A DNA stretch of 64,000 nucleotides from an uncultured Acidimicrobiales bacterium (GCA_963787285.1 CAWBCM010000013.1:137265-201264); one strand, 5' to 3'; counted from the first letter of the stretch, positions 40,666 to 50,662 are shown. The notes: generated by a model from the sequence alone, not told the origin. Made by a program: numbers and translations.

Positions 40666-41632
40666 CGAAACCGTCGAGGTCGTCTCGGAGCGAGTCCACG
40701 ACTGGCTGCTGGATGGCGATGCGGCGATTCGGTGGCAGACCAAACGCGATCTCCTCGACGCGCCGCCGAACGAGGTCGCAGCCGAACGAACGTTGGTCGC
40801 AACGACAGGATGGGGAGCGCAACTGCTCGAGCGTCAGGACCGGTCCGGCACTTGGGCCGACGGTCTCTACAGCCCGAAGTGGACCTCGACCACCTACACG
40901 CTGCTCCTGCTGCGACACTGCGGCCTGACGCCCGGGCATCCGGCTGCGTCGCGAGGAGTCGAGCTCATCTGGGACGGTGCGCGCTACTTCGACGGCGGCC
41001 TCACCCCGGCGAGGTCGATCGATGCCCCCGAAGCGTGCGTGACATCGATGTATCTGACATTGGCGAGCTATTTCGGATACGACGACGCTCGCGTCGACAC
41101 TGCCCTCGCCTGGCTTCTGGCGAACCAGTTGAGCGATGGCGGCTGGAACTGTCGAACCGTGCGCTTCGGCGACCGGCACAGCTCGTTCCACACGACCATC
41201 CTCGCCCTCGAGGCCCTCGCCGAATCGGCCCGGCACGAGCCCGAACGCGACGACATCGCACACGCCATGGCACGGGGGCATGAGTTCTTTCTCGACCATC
41301 GGCTCTACAAGTCACACCGCGATGGCTCCGTCGTGCATCCAGCGTTCGCCAAGCTGTCGTTCCCGCCACGGTGGCACTACGACGTGCTCCGCGGCCTCGA
41401 TCACTTCCAGGCCACCGACGCTCCTTGGGATTGTCGATGTCGGGACGCCGTGGACGTCGTCATCGAGCGCCGGCGCGCCGACGGGACCTGGCCTGTCCAG
41501 AACAAGCACGCTGGCAAGGTCTGGTTCGACATGGAAGAGACCGGTGGAGCGAGTCGGTGGAACACGCTCCGAGCGCTACGCGTCCAACGATGGGCCAGAA
41601 ACGCCGATCGGGTGGTCGAGCGAGCCCAATGA
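40658..41632 (+). CDS. Prenyltransferase/squalene-cyclase-like alpha/alpha-toroid repeat protein
   Basis: Repeated QW-like motifs (QDRSGTWAD, NQLSDGGWNC, RRADGTWP). It overlaps the GyrI-like gene by 8 nt and the downstream gene by 4 nt. Confidence 0.6.
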   Translation: MPDETVEVVSERVHDWLLDGDAAIRWQTKRDLLDAPPNEVAAERTLVATTGWGAQLLERQDRSGTWADGLYSPKWTSTTYTLLLLRHCGLTPGHPAASRGVELIWDGARYFDGGLTPARSIDAPEACVTSMYLTLASYFGYDDARVDTALAWLLANQLSDGGWNCRTVRFGDRHSSFHTTILALEALAESARHEPERDDIAHAMARGHEFFLDHRLYKSHRDGSVVHPAFAKLSFPPRWHYDVLRGLDHFQATDAPWDCRCRDAVDVVIERRRADGTWPVQNKHAGKVWFDMEETGGASRWNTLRALRVQRWARNADRVVERAQ

Positions 41633-42267
41633 GCGAAGCGCTGCCCTACATTGCGGCTCCTCGCAGCGGTTCGGGACCGCCAGTCATGATCATTCACTCA
41701 TGGTGGGGGCTCACGAGATCGTTCACCGACTACGCGGATCGGCTCGCCGACGCCGGATTCCTGGCTGGCTGCGCTGACCTCTTCGACGGCCGCACGGCGA
41801 CGACCCAACAAGAGGCAATGACCCTACGGCGCAGGAAACGGAACGAACCGATGTACCGGAGACTTCAACGAGGCATAGCGGAACTGACCACTCACGAAGC
41901 AGCGAGCATGGCCGAGTCCTCCGTTGTCGGCTTCTCCATGGGAGGTCACTGGGCGGTTTGGCTCGCACAGCATCCACCGCCGACGATCCGCGCCGCGGTG
42001 CTCTACTACTCCGCACGAGCCGGAGACCTCACAGGAGCCACCGCACCATTTCTGGCTCACTTCGCCGAGGCCGACGACTTCGTCACTTCATCTGCCCGCC
42101 ACAAAATGGAAGACGCCATCACGCAGCGCGGGCTGACCTACCGCAGCCATGAATACCCCGGGACCAACCACTGGTTCGGCGAAGTCGCTCACCCAGCCTA
42201 TGACCCGACCGCAGCTCAAGCCGCGTTCGATCGAACCGTGTCGTTCATCAACAGCAGCGCATGGTGA
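41629..42267 (+). CDS. Dienelactone hydrolase family alpha/beta hydrolase
   Basis: 212 aa. PVMIIHSWWGL and the nucleophile elbow GFSMGG. The C-terminus YPGTNHWF is typical of DLH-like proteins. Confidence 0.8.
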   Translation: MSEALPYIAAPRSGSGPPVMIIHSWWGLTRSFTDYADRLADAGFLAGCADLFDGRTATTQQEAMTLRRRKRNEPMYRRLQRGIAELTTHEAASMAESSVVGFSMGGHWAVWLAQHPPPTIRAAVLYYSARAGDLTGATAPFLAHFAEADDFVTSSARHKMEDAITQRGLTYRSHEYPGTNHWFGEVAHPAYDPTAAQAAFDRTVSFINSSAW

Positions 42268-42843
42268 TGGCCCTGCGTGAGCGCCCAATGGTCGAGCAGA
42301 TGGAACGACACGCACTGTGATCGCCCGGCACGAGAATGGAGGGTGCGCCAGGAATAGGGACGAAGCCCTGGCGAACGAGTCGCCACCGAAACCCAGCACG
42401 CCAACGGACCTATCTCGGCGACGACGTAGAAGGACTGGTTGCGCTGGAGGGTAGGACATCGCCATCCATCGGCTCGTCGGGTCGTCGACCCGAAGGTCTG
42501 TACCGCGATGGCGGGCTTGCCAAGTCTGGGCCAGGGGAGCAGCTGGGTTCCCGAGGCGTGTCGACAGCGGCGTCTGGCGAATCTGTTCGAGCGACGTCGA
42601 GTCTGTGTCATGGGCTGCGACGCGGTGAGCGCATGACCGACAGACGGGGGACTCTTGGCGTGACTATCGAGCGCCCGAGAGTCCCTTCGAGTGGATCGTC
42701 GACCGATCGAAGTGCCGGTTCTGCGCTAGCTGAGAGGCCTCCGCTCGGTGTTGATATGCGTGGCCGTGCGTGTCGACCTGCGGACCCCGTCGCTGTTCAA
42801 CCGATGTTGACGAGCTCGATGCCCGCTGGAAGAGTCTCTTGGT

Positions 42844-43419
42844 ATGTCGATCGAGGTTCGGCCGGCGACGGTCTTCGAAGACGTGAAGACCGTTCTCGGA
42901 CCCAAACGACCCGACGCAAACGTGTGTTGGTGTTTGAGCTATCGCCTCACGTCGTCGAAAGAGAACCGCGAGCTCCTGGGCCCAGCACGGGGCGAAAGAG
43001 TGCAACAGCTGGTGCAGCAAAGCCCTCCGCCTGGAGTGCTCGCCTATGACGAGGACGAAGTGGTCGGTTGGGCCGCCGTGCATGCCCGAGCGGAGACGAG
43101 CTTTGCCCGCAACAGGAAGATTCCACATGTCGACGACCTCGACGTCTGGTCGGTGTGGTGTATCCGGGTGCGGCCCGGCCACCGCAGGGAAGGCATTTCA
43201 CACCACTTGCTCGCCGGGGCGGTCGAGTTTGCTCGCGCGAACGGTGCGGTCGCGATCGAGGGTTATCCGCTCGACAACAGAGGAGCCAAGATCGACTCGA
43301 CCATGGCCTACGTCGGCACGATGGCTCTCTTCGAGAAGGCAGGTTTCGTGAAGGCCACCGACACCGATTCGATACTCAACGGCTTCCCACGCGTCCTCAT
43401 GCGACTCGACCTTCGCTGA
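42844..43419 (+). CDS. GNAT family N-acetyltransferase
   Basis: 191 aa. Acetyl-CoA motif A region IRVRPGHRREGISHHLLAGAVEFAR, then the C-terminus FEKAGF. Confidence 0.8.
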   Translation: MSIEVRPATVFEDVKTVLGPKRPDANVCWCLSYRLTSSKENRELLGPARGERVQQLVQQSPPPGVLAYDEDEVVGWAAVHARAETSFARNRKIPHVDDLDVWSVWCIRVRPGHRREGISHHLLAGAVEFARANGAVAIEGYPLDNRGAKIDSTMAYVGTMALFEKAGFVKATDTDSILNGFPRVLMRLDLR

Positions 43420-43458
43420 CGTTAGGAAGGACACTCCCAGCAGCCAATCGACCTGCGG

Positions 43459-43995
43459 TCAGCTCGATACAAGTTCATCCATGGTGTTCAGCGAGGACGT
43501 GAGACCGGCGGCGGACTGTTCCATGAACGTCTCGGGGTCCTCGGGATGAGGCAGGTTGACCTGCATGGTCATCTTCGTGAATCCGTCACCGACGGGTTCG
43601 AACGTCAGTGTCTGGGCGGTCGGAGGGCCCGTCGGATCTACTTCGCCCATGACGAACCACTCGTCGGCATCGAGGCGATCTGGTCGGTCGACACCGGTGT
43701 AGGTGCCGTGCCAGGCCATCTGTCCGTGTTCGGGGATCACCATCTCGTAGTGGTAGCGGCCGCCCTCGACCGGGTCGGACTCGCACACGGTCAGCTCTGA
43801 GCCGGTCGGGGCGCCCGACGGGAACCAGACACGAAGGTCGGCAGGGTCGGTGAACGCTCGGAAGACGCGGTCGGGAGGCGCACCAAAAGTGCGGACACAT
43901 TGATAGGACAAGCAGTCGTCACTCAGCTCGAACTGAGCCGATCCGCGTCGGGCGTCGAGTGTCGCGAGGTCGGGTTGCAGGGTGGGGTCAGTCAT
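43459..43995 (-). CDS. SRPBCC (AHSA1/START-like) domain protein
   Basis: 178 aa. The pattern RVFRAFTDPADLRVWF...WHGTYTGVDRPDRL is typical of the AHSA1-like SRPBCC proteins that pair with ArsR regulators. Confidence 0.8.
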   Translation of the reverse strand: MTDPTLQPDLATLDARRGSAQFELSDDCLSYQCVRTFGAPPDRVFRAFTDPADLRVWFPSGAPTGSELTVCESDPVEGGRYHYEMVIPEHGQMAWHGTYTGVDRPDRLDADEWFVMGEVDPTGPPTAQTLTFEPVGDGFTKMTMQVNLPHPEDPETFMEQSAAGLTSSLNTMDELVSS

Positions 43996-44007
43996 GGGTA
44001 GGGCTCC

Positions 44008-44340
44008 TTAGGTGGGTGGGGATTCGGGATCGGTCGAGACGAGTTCGTCCAAGGTGTCGAAGCGGGCCTTCCACACGTCGTCGAAGGAGGCAAACCAGTC
44101 GTGGGCTGCCTGCAAACCGACGCCGTCGAGTCGGTAGTGGCGGTGTCGACCCTCAGCACGAACAGAAACGAGCATCGCGCTTGCAAGAACCTTCAGGTGC
44201 TTGGACACCTGCGGCTGGTTGAGCCCCGACGCACGCACGAGTTCGGACACCGTGGACTCATCCTGTTGGTGCAGCAACTCGAGAAGGCGTCGCCGGTTCG
44301 GTTCGCCCACCGCGTCGAGAACAACGTGTGCACCGATCAT
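44008..44340 (-). CDS. ArsR/SmtB family transcriptional regulator
   Basis: 110 aa. LDAVGEPNRRRLLELL...VSELV...LNQPQVSKHLKVL is the winged-HTH core. It lies 12 nt upstream of the SRPBCC gene. Confidence 0.85.
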   Translation of the reverse strand: MIGAHVVLDAVGEPNRRRLLELLHQQDESTVSELVRASGLNQPQVSKHLKVLASAMLVSVRAEGRHRHYRLDGVGLQAAHDWFASFDDVWKARFDTLDELVSTDPESPPT

Positions 44341-44358
44341 GCCGAAACCCTATATATG

Positions 44359-44368
44359 CCTCATGAGG
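44359..44368. promoter_or_regulatory. 10-bp palindrome next to a TATATA stretch just upstream of the arsR-like gene
   Basis: CCTCATGAGG lies 19 nt upstream of the ATG at 44340 and is flanked by TATATATG. It is short and could occur by chance. Confidence 0.25.
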
Positions 44369-44653
44369 AATGCAACTGTCATCCGCTCAGAGCGCTCTTG
44401 TCGGGTCGTTTCTCCTCGCCACACCAAGGGCTCCAACGCCGACCCGGTCGATAACACCACTCGACCTCGCAGCCGTCGGTCACGCAGTACGGCACGTACG
44501 ATCGCGCGGCGCAGCAGTGGCACCCACGCGATAATCACGAGTCCGACCGCGACGCTCGGCGCTGCACTACTGGCGAATTCGCGCGAGCTCGACGCTGCTG
44601 AGGCCGCTCGATAACCACGTGCCCGTTCGCCGTCCTATGCCGTCCGGGTGCCG

Positions 44654-44887
44654 CTATCTGACTCGGCGCTCATCGATCCATCGCTCGATCTCGGCGGGGT
44701 CGAAGCGGATGAACTTCCCCACCTTGATGTAGGGGATGCGTTCCTCAGCGACCAGTCGACGTACGAAGCGCACGGTTACGCCGAGCCGGGCCGCCGTGCC
44801 GGCGACGTCGAATAGCGCGAGTACCTGGCGATCCCTCCGGGCGCCGTGCTGGTTCGTTCCCCGATTCGATTTGGCGACAACTTCCAT
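44654..44887 (-). CDS. xis: Excisionase-family (HTH_17/MerR-like) DNA-binding protein
   Basis: 77 aa from MEVVAKS. LFDVAGTAARLGVTVRFVRRLVAEERIPYIKVGKFIRFDPAEIERWI is the classic excisionase HTH pattern. The start is uncertain. Confidence 0.65.
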   Translation of the reverse strand: MEVVAKSNRGTNQHGARRDRQVLALFDVAGTAARLGVTVRFVRRLVAEERIPYIKVGKFIRFDPAEIERWIDERRVR

Positions 44888-45636
44888 GTCCACGGAAGGC
44901 GGGCCGAGAGCCTCGGACGCGACAAGGATCTTCGCTGCTTGCGCCGATCTCTCACGTCCGCGCGAGCACGGAACGACTGCACCAAATTGCGCCCGAATGA
45001 CCGGCACAGACTTGCTACTTCCGCAAAGGCGGACGTAGCGAGACCCCCCATGCCAGGCGCGCACAGCGCAACTGGCAAGTCTGTGCCACTCATTTCAGGG
45101 TGATCTGGTGCAGGGTCGGGTGTGGCGAAGGGGTGCTGGCGGGTTCGGTCGGGGTGGTCATGGCATCGAGGTCGGGTTCCGGAACCGGCGAGGGTAACTC
45201 GTTCGTGTGTGTCGCAGTGATCAGAGACCGGTGGGATGGTCTGTGGCCATGATGTGAGGTGTTTCGGGGTGTTCAGGTTGACGCCGGGGCTCTCAGCGCC
45301 GGCCCGAGTGCTGCGGTGGCCGCGTCTGGGTCCGGTCGTGTTGCTCCTTGTGGGGTCTGGGACTTGATGAGGGAAGGAGCCACATAGCGCCGGACGCGAC
45401 AGATCGTGTTGGTGCAGGTCTGCACCGGCGACTGCACCGACGGCGTCAACGGGGCCTTTCGGTCGCCCGTGGTGTCAGCCTGGGCTTCATTCTTACGTGC
45501 AGGATCCCATTCACACCGTTCGCCGTCTGACCAGCACTTATAGGACGCCACGCCACCCGCCGGACGAGCCGGCGGCAGCGTTAACTCTTCGGCTGACCCG
45601 CGACGCGCTGAGCGCAGCGCCAGCGGCTCGACCCGT

Positions 45637-46236
45637 TCAGTTCGGTGGGGCGAGTGATTCGCCCGTGTGGACGTGCTTCGACACCTTGAGGGTGCCATCG
45701 TCGTCGACGATTGTGAGGGTGCTGGTTCCGACCCTGCCGGCCGACGGGTAGATGGCGGCAGTGATTCTGTTGTCGAACTCGACCGTGTAGGGGTCGGTTC
45801 CTGTCGTGACGTAGTCGCTGAGCAACTCGATGTCCCAGTCGATTTCGTCGAGAACCCGGTCGATGTCTCGAGCCTGATCTGCCGGCGAGACCTGACCCTG
45901 ATCGGAGACAAATCGGTAGTCATCGGTGACGATCGCGAGAAATGCCTCGCTGTCACGAGCGTCGTAGGATCGGAGGTACTCGTCGGCGACGACGCGGAGC
46001 TCATCGGAGACATCGGTGGCCGACTGGTCTTCGACCGTTGTCGCAACCGGCTCGGTTGTTGTCGGCGCGGTGATGGCGGTGGTTGGCGTCGTGGCGACCG
46101 GTGTTTCCGCAGTTTCTGGACTGTCAGAACTGCATGCTCCCGCGGCAACGGTGAGAACACCCGCCGCCAGGCCGACGAACACCCGCTGGTTCCACGTCCT
46201 CTCGTTCTTGTTGTTGGTCTTTCGGCTGCTGTGCAT
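45637..46236 (-). CDS. Lipoprotein with NTF2/SnoaL-like C-terminal domain
   Basis: Lipobox VAAGAC, then a Thr/Pro-rich linker, then ADEYLRSYDARDSEAFLAIVTDDYRF (SnoaL-like pattern). Confidence 0.6.
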   Translation of the reverse strand: MHSSRKTNNKNERTWNQRVFVGLAAGVLTVAAGACSSDSPETAETPVATTPTTAITAPTTTEPVATTVEDQSATDVSDELRVVADEYLRSYDARDSEAFLAIVTDDYRFVSDQGQVSPADQARDIDRVLDEIDWDIELLSDYVTTGTDPYTVEFDNRITAAIYPSAGRVGTSTLTIVDDDGTLKVSKHVHTGESLAPPN

Positions 46237-46316
46237 CGCGCTCTCCTTGTTGAGATTCCGGTTCGATGCACATGGTGATCACTGGTGGTGAGGGACACGT
46301 GAGGTTCGGCTGAGGC

Positions 46317-49300
46317 TCACATCGTGCGGGTCGCTTGGGTGTCGATGTCATGGACCCGGGCGGTGCTGATCACTTGGGCTGCCAGGTCACGCACGGTCGC
46401 CACGTCCAGCAACGCGCCGTGCGTGGTCAGCCGCTCGAATTCCCGATGTCCGACCAGTGCGCTCGCCCGGGCTGAACGCTCCTTGCGGTGGTGTGCCCAG
46501 TCCGGTAGCCACAAGAATCCGTGGTGATCCCTGTGTTCCTCGCTCGCACCGTCCAGCACAACGGCGGAAACGGTGTCACCGGAGGCAGCAGCGAGCTCGG
46601 CGGTTGCGCCGAGCACCAGGGCGAGACTCCATGTGTCATTCCATCCGATCGAGATCTCGAGCGCCTCGCTCAGTGGCTCGGTCGCGTCCTTTGCCCGATT
46701 CATTGCCATGGAGCAGCGGCCGACGTCGCAGAGAGCTTGGGCGATGCTTTGGCCAAGGCCTCGTGCGGCGTCGAGTGCCCGGGTCGCGCATGCGTCAGCC
46801 TCGTCGATGTCGCCGAGGGCCAGAGCAATGCTCACCATGTCGCTGAGACCGTGGAGCGCCAGCGCGGGCCGGCCGAGTGCGGTCAGCGCGGCAGTTGACT
46901 CGCGGAGCAGTTGGCGCGCGCCCGAGAGGTCACCGCGTCGGTGGGCGAGCAAACCGCGACACTCGGTGGTCCAGGCCCGGATCTGAGGAAGATGGGTCCC
47001 GGTTGTGATCGCGTCGAGTTCGGGAAGCAGTCTGTCGGCCTCGGCGAACTCGCACAGTGTTACTGCCGCACGGACGTGGTCGATCAACAGCCTGGGGCGG
47101 GTGGGATCGTTCTTCGCGACGAGCTCCTCCAGCGCCCGAGCTGTCAACTGGAGAGCGCCTCGTTCGTCGCCGATCGCGTCGAGATAGGCCGATCTGGCCA
47201 CCACCGCGAGCGCCATGAGCTCGCGCGAGTTTGCTCTCTGCGCCTCGGCGGTCATCTGTTCGGCCAGTTCGAGCGCCCGCGGTGGATTTCCCGTGTAGGC
47301 ATGACGAATGGCCAGCGCTTGTTGAATCTCGGCTCGAGCCAGAGACGGAGCGGCGTCGCTCAGCTCGAGAATCGATGGGAACCATCTGAGAAACTCGTGG
47401 CCCTGGGCCGTGTTCAGCCAATGCAACCTCAGCGCTGCACCGAGGGCCAAGGCGAGGTCCGGAATGCGGGTTTCGACAGACCACTGGAGGGCCCGCTCGA
47501 AATTGGTGGCATCGGCGGCGAGCCGCTCCAATGTCGATCCGTGATCGGGTGAGTCGTATCCCGGCTCGGAAGGGCACAGGCTGGCGAAGTGCAGCGCATG
47601 GCGTCGACGGAGTGCATCGTCTTCGCCCGATGCGACGAGCAGCTCGCGAGCGTAGGCGCTCAATGAGACGAGCATTCCGTAGCGGCGCGGTCGCTCCCGG
47701 GTGACCGTGAGCAACGATGCGTCCAGGAGGTTGTCCATCAGATCTACGACGTCGGCTCGGCTGATCCCCTCACCCGAACAGACGCTTTCGGCCGCTTCCA
47801 TGTCGAATCCGCCGTCGAACACGGCCAGACGCCGGAACAACGTCTGGGCATCGACATCGAGAAGTTCGTAGCTCCACTCGATCGTCGCTCGAATCGTCGA
47901 GTGGCGCTCCGCGCCGCCGGCGACATTGGACGTGAGCACACCAAGTCGGTCGTCGAGACGGGCCAACAGCTCCACTGGTGACAGCAAGCGCAGCCGGGAT
48001 GCAGCCATTTCGATCGCGAGCGGCATCGCATCGAGGCGTCGACAAATCGATGCCACCACACGCGGTTCGACATCGTCGACCTCGAACCAAGGGTGAGTTT
48101 CGCGGGCCCGCTCGATGAACAATCGCACACAATCCGAATCCAGCAGTGCGGTCGGGTCGGCCGTTTCGATTTCGAGATCGAGACCAAGCGGTGGGATCGG
48201 CCAGACCTGTTCGCCCGGAACACGCAATGACCTTCGACTCGTGGCCAGAATCGTCAGTCCCGGGCCACTGGCCAGCAGACGGGAGACTATTTCGGCGACA
48301 GCCTCTGACAGGTGCTCGCAGTTGTCGACAATCAGCAGCGACCTGCACGACCCGAGCGCGGCTGCCACCTCTCCGAGCAGCGGGCGTGTCGGATGGGCCG
48401 GGACGTCGAACACTTCTGCAATCATTCGGATCACCCCGACGTCGTCGGCGGTGTCGGCCAACTCAACCGACCAGACACCATCGGGAAACTGATCGATCAG
48501 TCGGCGACCGACCTCCATGGCGAGGGATGTCTTGCCCATTCCCCCGAATCCGGTGACGGTGACCAACCGGTTCGTCGACAGATGAGCCATCACGCTCGCC
48601 AGTTCGGTCTCGCGGCCAACGAAGCTCGCAACCCGCTGGGGGAGATTGCTGGTCGGTCGCTCCGGGCCGGCTGGTACGACGACAGGCAACTCATGGCGAA
48701 GGATCTGCGTTTCGAGACGACGCAACGCATCGCCTGGTTCGATACCCAACTCCTCACCCAGCAGCGTTCGGGCCGAGCCGTACGCGCGTAGTGCCTCTGC
48801 CTGCTGATCACCGCGGTAAAGCGCCAACATCAGTTGGGCCCAGAACCGCTCGCGCAGAGGGAACTCAACCGTCAACTGCTGCAGCTCACCGACCAGGTCG
48901 CGGTGGCGACCGAGTTCGAGATCGGCATCGATGCGATCCTCGAGACAGACCAATCGGAGTTCCTCCAGCCGCGCGATCTCACCCTGCGCGAACTCCTCGT
49001 ACCGGAAATCCTCCAACGCCTCGCCGCGCCACAGCGCCAGTGCCTCAGCCAGGACGTTCCTCGCCCGAGCGTCCTGGCCCGACGCCAACATCTCCCGACC
49101 GTCGGACGCCAACCGCTCGAAAACCGTCGCATCGAGGTCTCCGGCCGACAGAGCAAGGCGGTAGCCCCGATCGGCTGTCTCGATCACCTCGGCCTGCCGC
49201 GCCCCGTCCACCGGCCGCAAAGATTTCCGGAGCTGAGAGACGTGGTACCGGAGTGTCTTGACTCCACCATCGGGTGGCTCTTCGCCCCAGAGCGCCTCGC

Positions 49301-49436
49301 TCAACTCCTCGACCGACACAACGCGGTTCGCGTTCACGATCAGCACACCAAGGATCAGCCGCGGTAGGCGGGCCGTGACGCGAACGTCGGCATCACCAAC
49401 GCGAGCAACCAGCGCCCCCAAGAGCCGAAACCTCAT
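46317..49436 (-). CDS. AfsR/SARP-family large regulator: OmpR-type winged helix + BTAD + NB-ARC/STAND P-loop ATPase + TPR-like C-terminus
   Basis: 1039 aa. MRFRLLG...YRL, BTAD (ALALWRGEALEDF...FWAQLMLALYRGDQQAEAL), P-loop GFGGMGKTS, and a long helical repeat tail. Confidence 0.85.
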   Translation of the reverse strand: MRFRLLGALVARVGDADVRVTARLPRLILGVLIVNANRVVSVEELSEALWGEEPPDGGVKTLRYHVSQLRKSLRPVDGARQAEVIETADRGYRLALSAGDLDATVFERLASDGREMLASGQDARARNVLAEALALWRGEALEDFRYEEFAQGEIARLEELRLVCLEDRIDADLELGRHRDLVGELQQLTVEFPLRERFWAQLMLALYRGDQQAEALRAYGSARTLLGEELGIEPGDALRRLETQILRHELPVVVPAGPERPTSNLPQRVASFVGRETELASVMAHLSTNRLVTVTGFGGMGKTSLAMEVGRRLIDQFPDGVWSVELADTADDVGVIRMIAEVFDVPAHPTRPLLGEVAAALGSCRSLLIVDNCEHLSEAVAEIVSRLLASGPGLTILATSRRSLRVPGEQVWPIPPLGLDLEIETADPTALLDSDCVRLFIERARETHPWFEVDDVEPRVVASICRRLDAMPLAIEMAASRLRLLSPVELLARLDDRLGVLTSNVAGGAERHSTIRATIEWSYELLDVDAQTLFRRLAVFDGGFDMEAAESVCSGEGISRADVVDLMDNLLDASLLTVTRERPRRYGMLVSLSAYARELLVASGEDDALRRRHALHFASLCPSEPGYDSPDHGSTLERLAADATNFERALQWSVETRIPDLALALGAALRLHWLNTAQGHEFLRWFPSILELSDAAPSLARAEIQQALAIRHAYTGNPPRALELAEQMTAEAQRANSRELMALAVVARSAYLDAIGDERGALQLTARALEELVAKNDPTRPRLLIDHVRAAVTLCEFAEADRLLPELDAITTGTHLPQIRAWTTECRGLLAHRRGDLSGARQLLRESTAALTALGRPALALHGLSDMVSIALALGDIDEADACATRALDAARGLGQSIAQALCDVGRCSMAMNRAKDATEPLSEALEISIGWNDTWSLALVLGATAELAAASGDTVSAVVLDGASEEHRDHHGFLWLPDWAHHRKERSARASALVGHREFERLTTHGALLDVATVRDLAAQVISTARVHDIDTQATRTM

Positions 49437-49605
49437 GGAGCATGCTAACCAAGGAGATCTTCGGGCTCTTCGACCGGACCCCTGACTTCAATGCCGGTTC
49501 GTCCGAAGCGAACGTCGAAGGCATGTGAGATTCGAGCACACCTTCGAGATGCTGCGCGCCGAGGGAGTGCGCTTCGTCCTCGCCGCCGCCAGTTGATGGC
49601 GGATC

Positions 49606-49760
49606 CATCCCTACTTTCTCGAAAAAGTAGGGATACCCAGCGGTAACCAGCGGACATCATCGGTAGACGTTTCACCAGCTCAGAGGACATCAACGGCCCT
49701 ACCGGCGCCCCGATCCCTAGTCCTTCACTACTTCTTGGTGGGCATCGGTCCTCGGTGACC
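49606..49760. repeat. Degenerate copy of the island right arm plus a core-like remnant
   Basis: 49606-49656 matches 55299-55349 at 46/51 positions, and all 5 differences fall inside the hairpin loop. A further 60-100 nt aligns at roughly three-quarters identity by eye. The stretch ends in CACTACTTCTTGGTGG, versus the core start CACGACATCTTCGAAGG. Confidence 0.5.
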
Positions 49761-49856
49761 GGCTATCGCGGGGCGACACAAGGCGATGGCGTGCCGCAGG
49801 TCGGCCCCGACGACCCGCCACAGCGCAGGTGCCGTCGGAGCCGGTCGACGAAATGA

Positions 49857-50662
49857 TCAACGCCCTGACGCGGCCTGCTCGTACTTGCGCACTGCGAGCG
49901 GAGCGAACACGGCGATGATGATCACCACCCAGCCGAGCGAGTAGAGCGCGGCGTGCTCGAGCGGCCATGCCGTGGGCTCCGGCGTTCCCTCCGGGATGTT
50001 CCCGAAGTGCTCACGGGCCGCCTGGGCCACGGCTGACACCGGGTTCCACTCGGCGAAGACGCGTAGCGGGGTTGGGAAGTCGTCGGTCGGTACGAAGGTG
50101 TTGGCGATGAAGGTCAGCGGGAAGATCACCAGCGACGAGGCGTTGTTGATCGCTTCCACGCTGCCGACGCTCAGGCCGACGTAGGCCATGATCCACGAGA
50201 ACGCATACGCGAACAGCAACACCAGTCCGAAGCCCAGCAGCGCGTTGCCGATCCCGTTGCTGATGCGCCACCCCACTGCGTAGCCTGCGGCAACCATCAC
50301 GATGGTCGACAGCACGTTGTAGATGACGTCGCTTGCTGTTCGGCCGAACACGACGGCCGAGCGCGACATGGGCAGCGACCGGAACCGGTCGATGATGCCT
50401 TTCTGCATGTCGTCGGCCAGACCGAGGCCGGTGAACGTGGACCCGAAGGTGAGCATCATGACGAAGGCTCCGCCGATGAGGAACTCCCGGTAGGAGCCGC
50501 CCTCGATGTCGATTGCGCTCCCGAAGACATAGGCGAACAGCAGCACGAAGACGAGCGGCATGATCACCACGGCCACGAGGAGCTCGGGCATGCGCGTGAT
50601 CTTGATGATGTTGCGACGGGCGACGGTTGCGCCGTCGGTGAGAGCAAGGTTGATGCGTTCCA

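Noticed and set aside
45090-45161. 23-codon minus-strand sORF (MTTPTEPASTPSPHPTLHQITLK) upstream of the xis-like gene
   Set aside because: It has no RBS and Pro/Thr-rich random-looking composition, and I cannot assess conservation. Such ORFs arise by chance in GC-rich DNA.
49531-49596. 22-codon plus-strand ORF RFEHTFEMLRAEGVRFVLAAAS, resembling the N-terminus of a nucleotidyltransferase-type protein
   Set aside because: It is too short and is preceded by an in-frame stop. At most it is a relic, and it cannot be supported as a gene.
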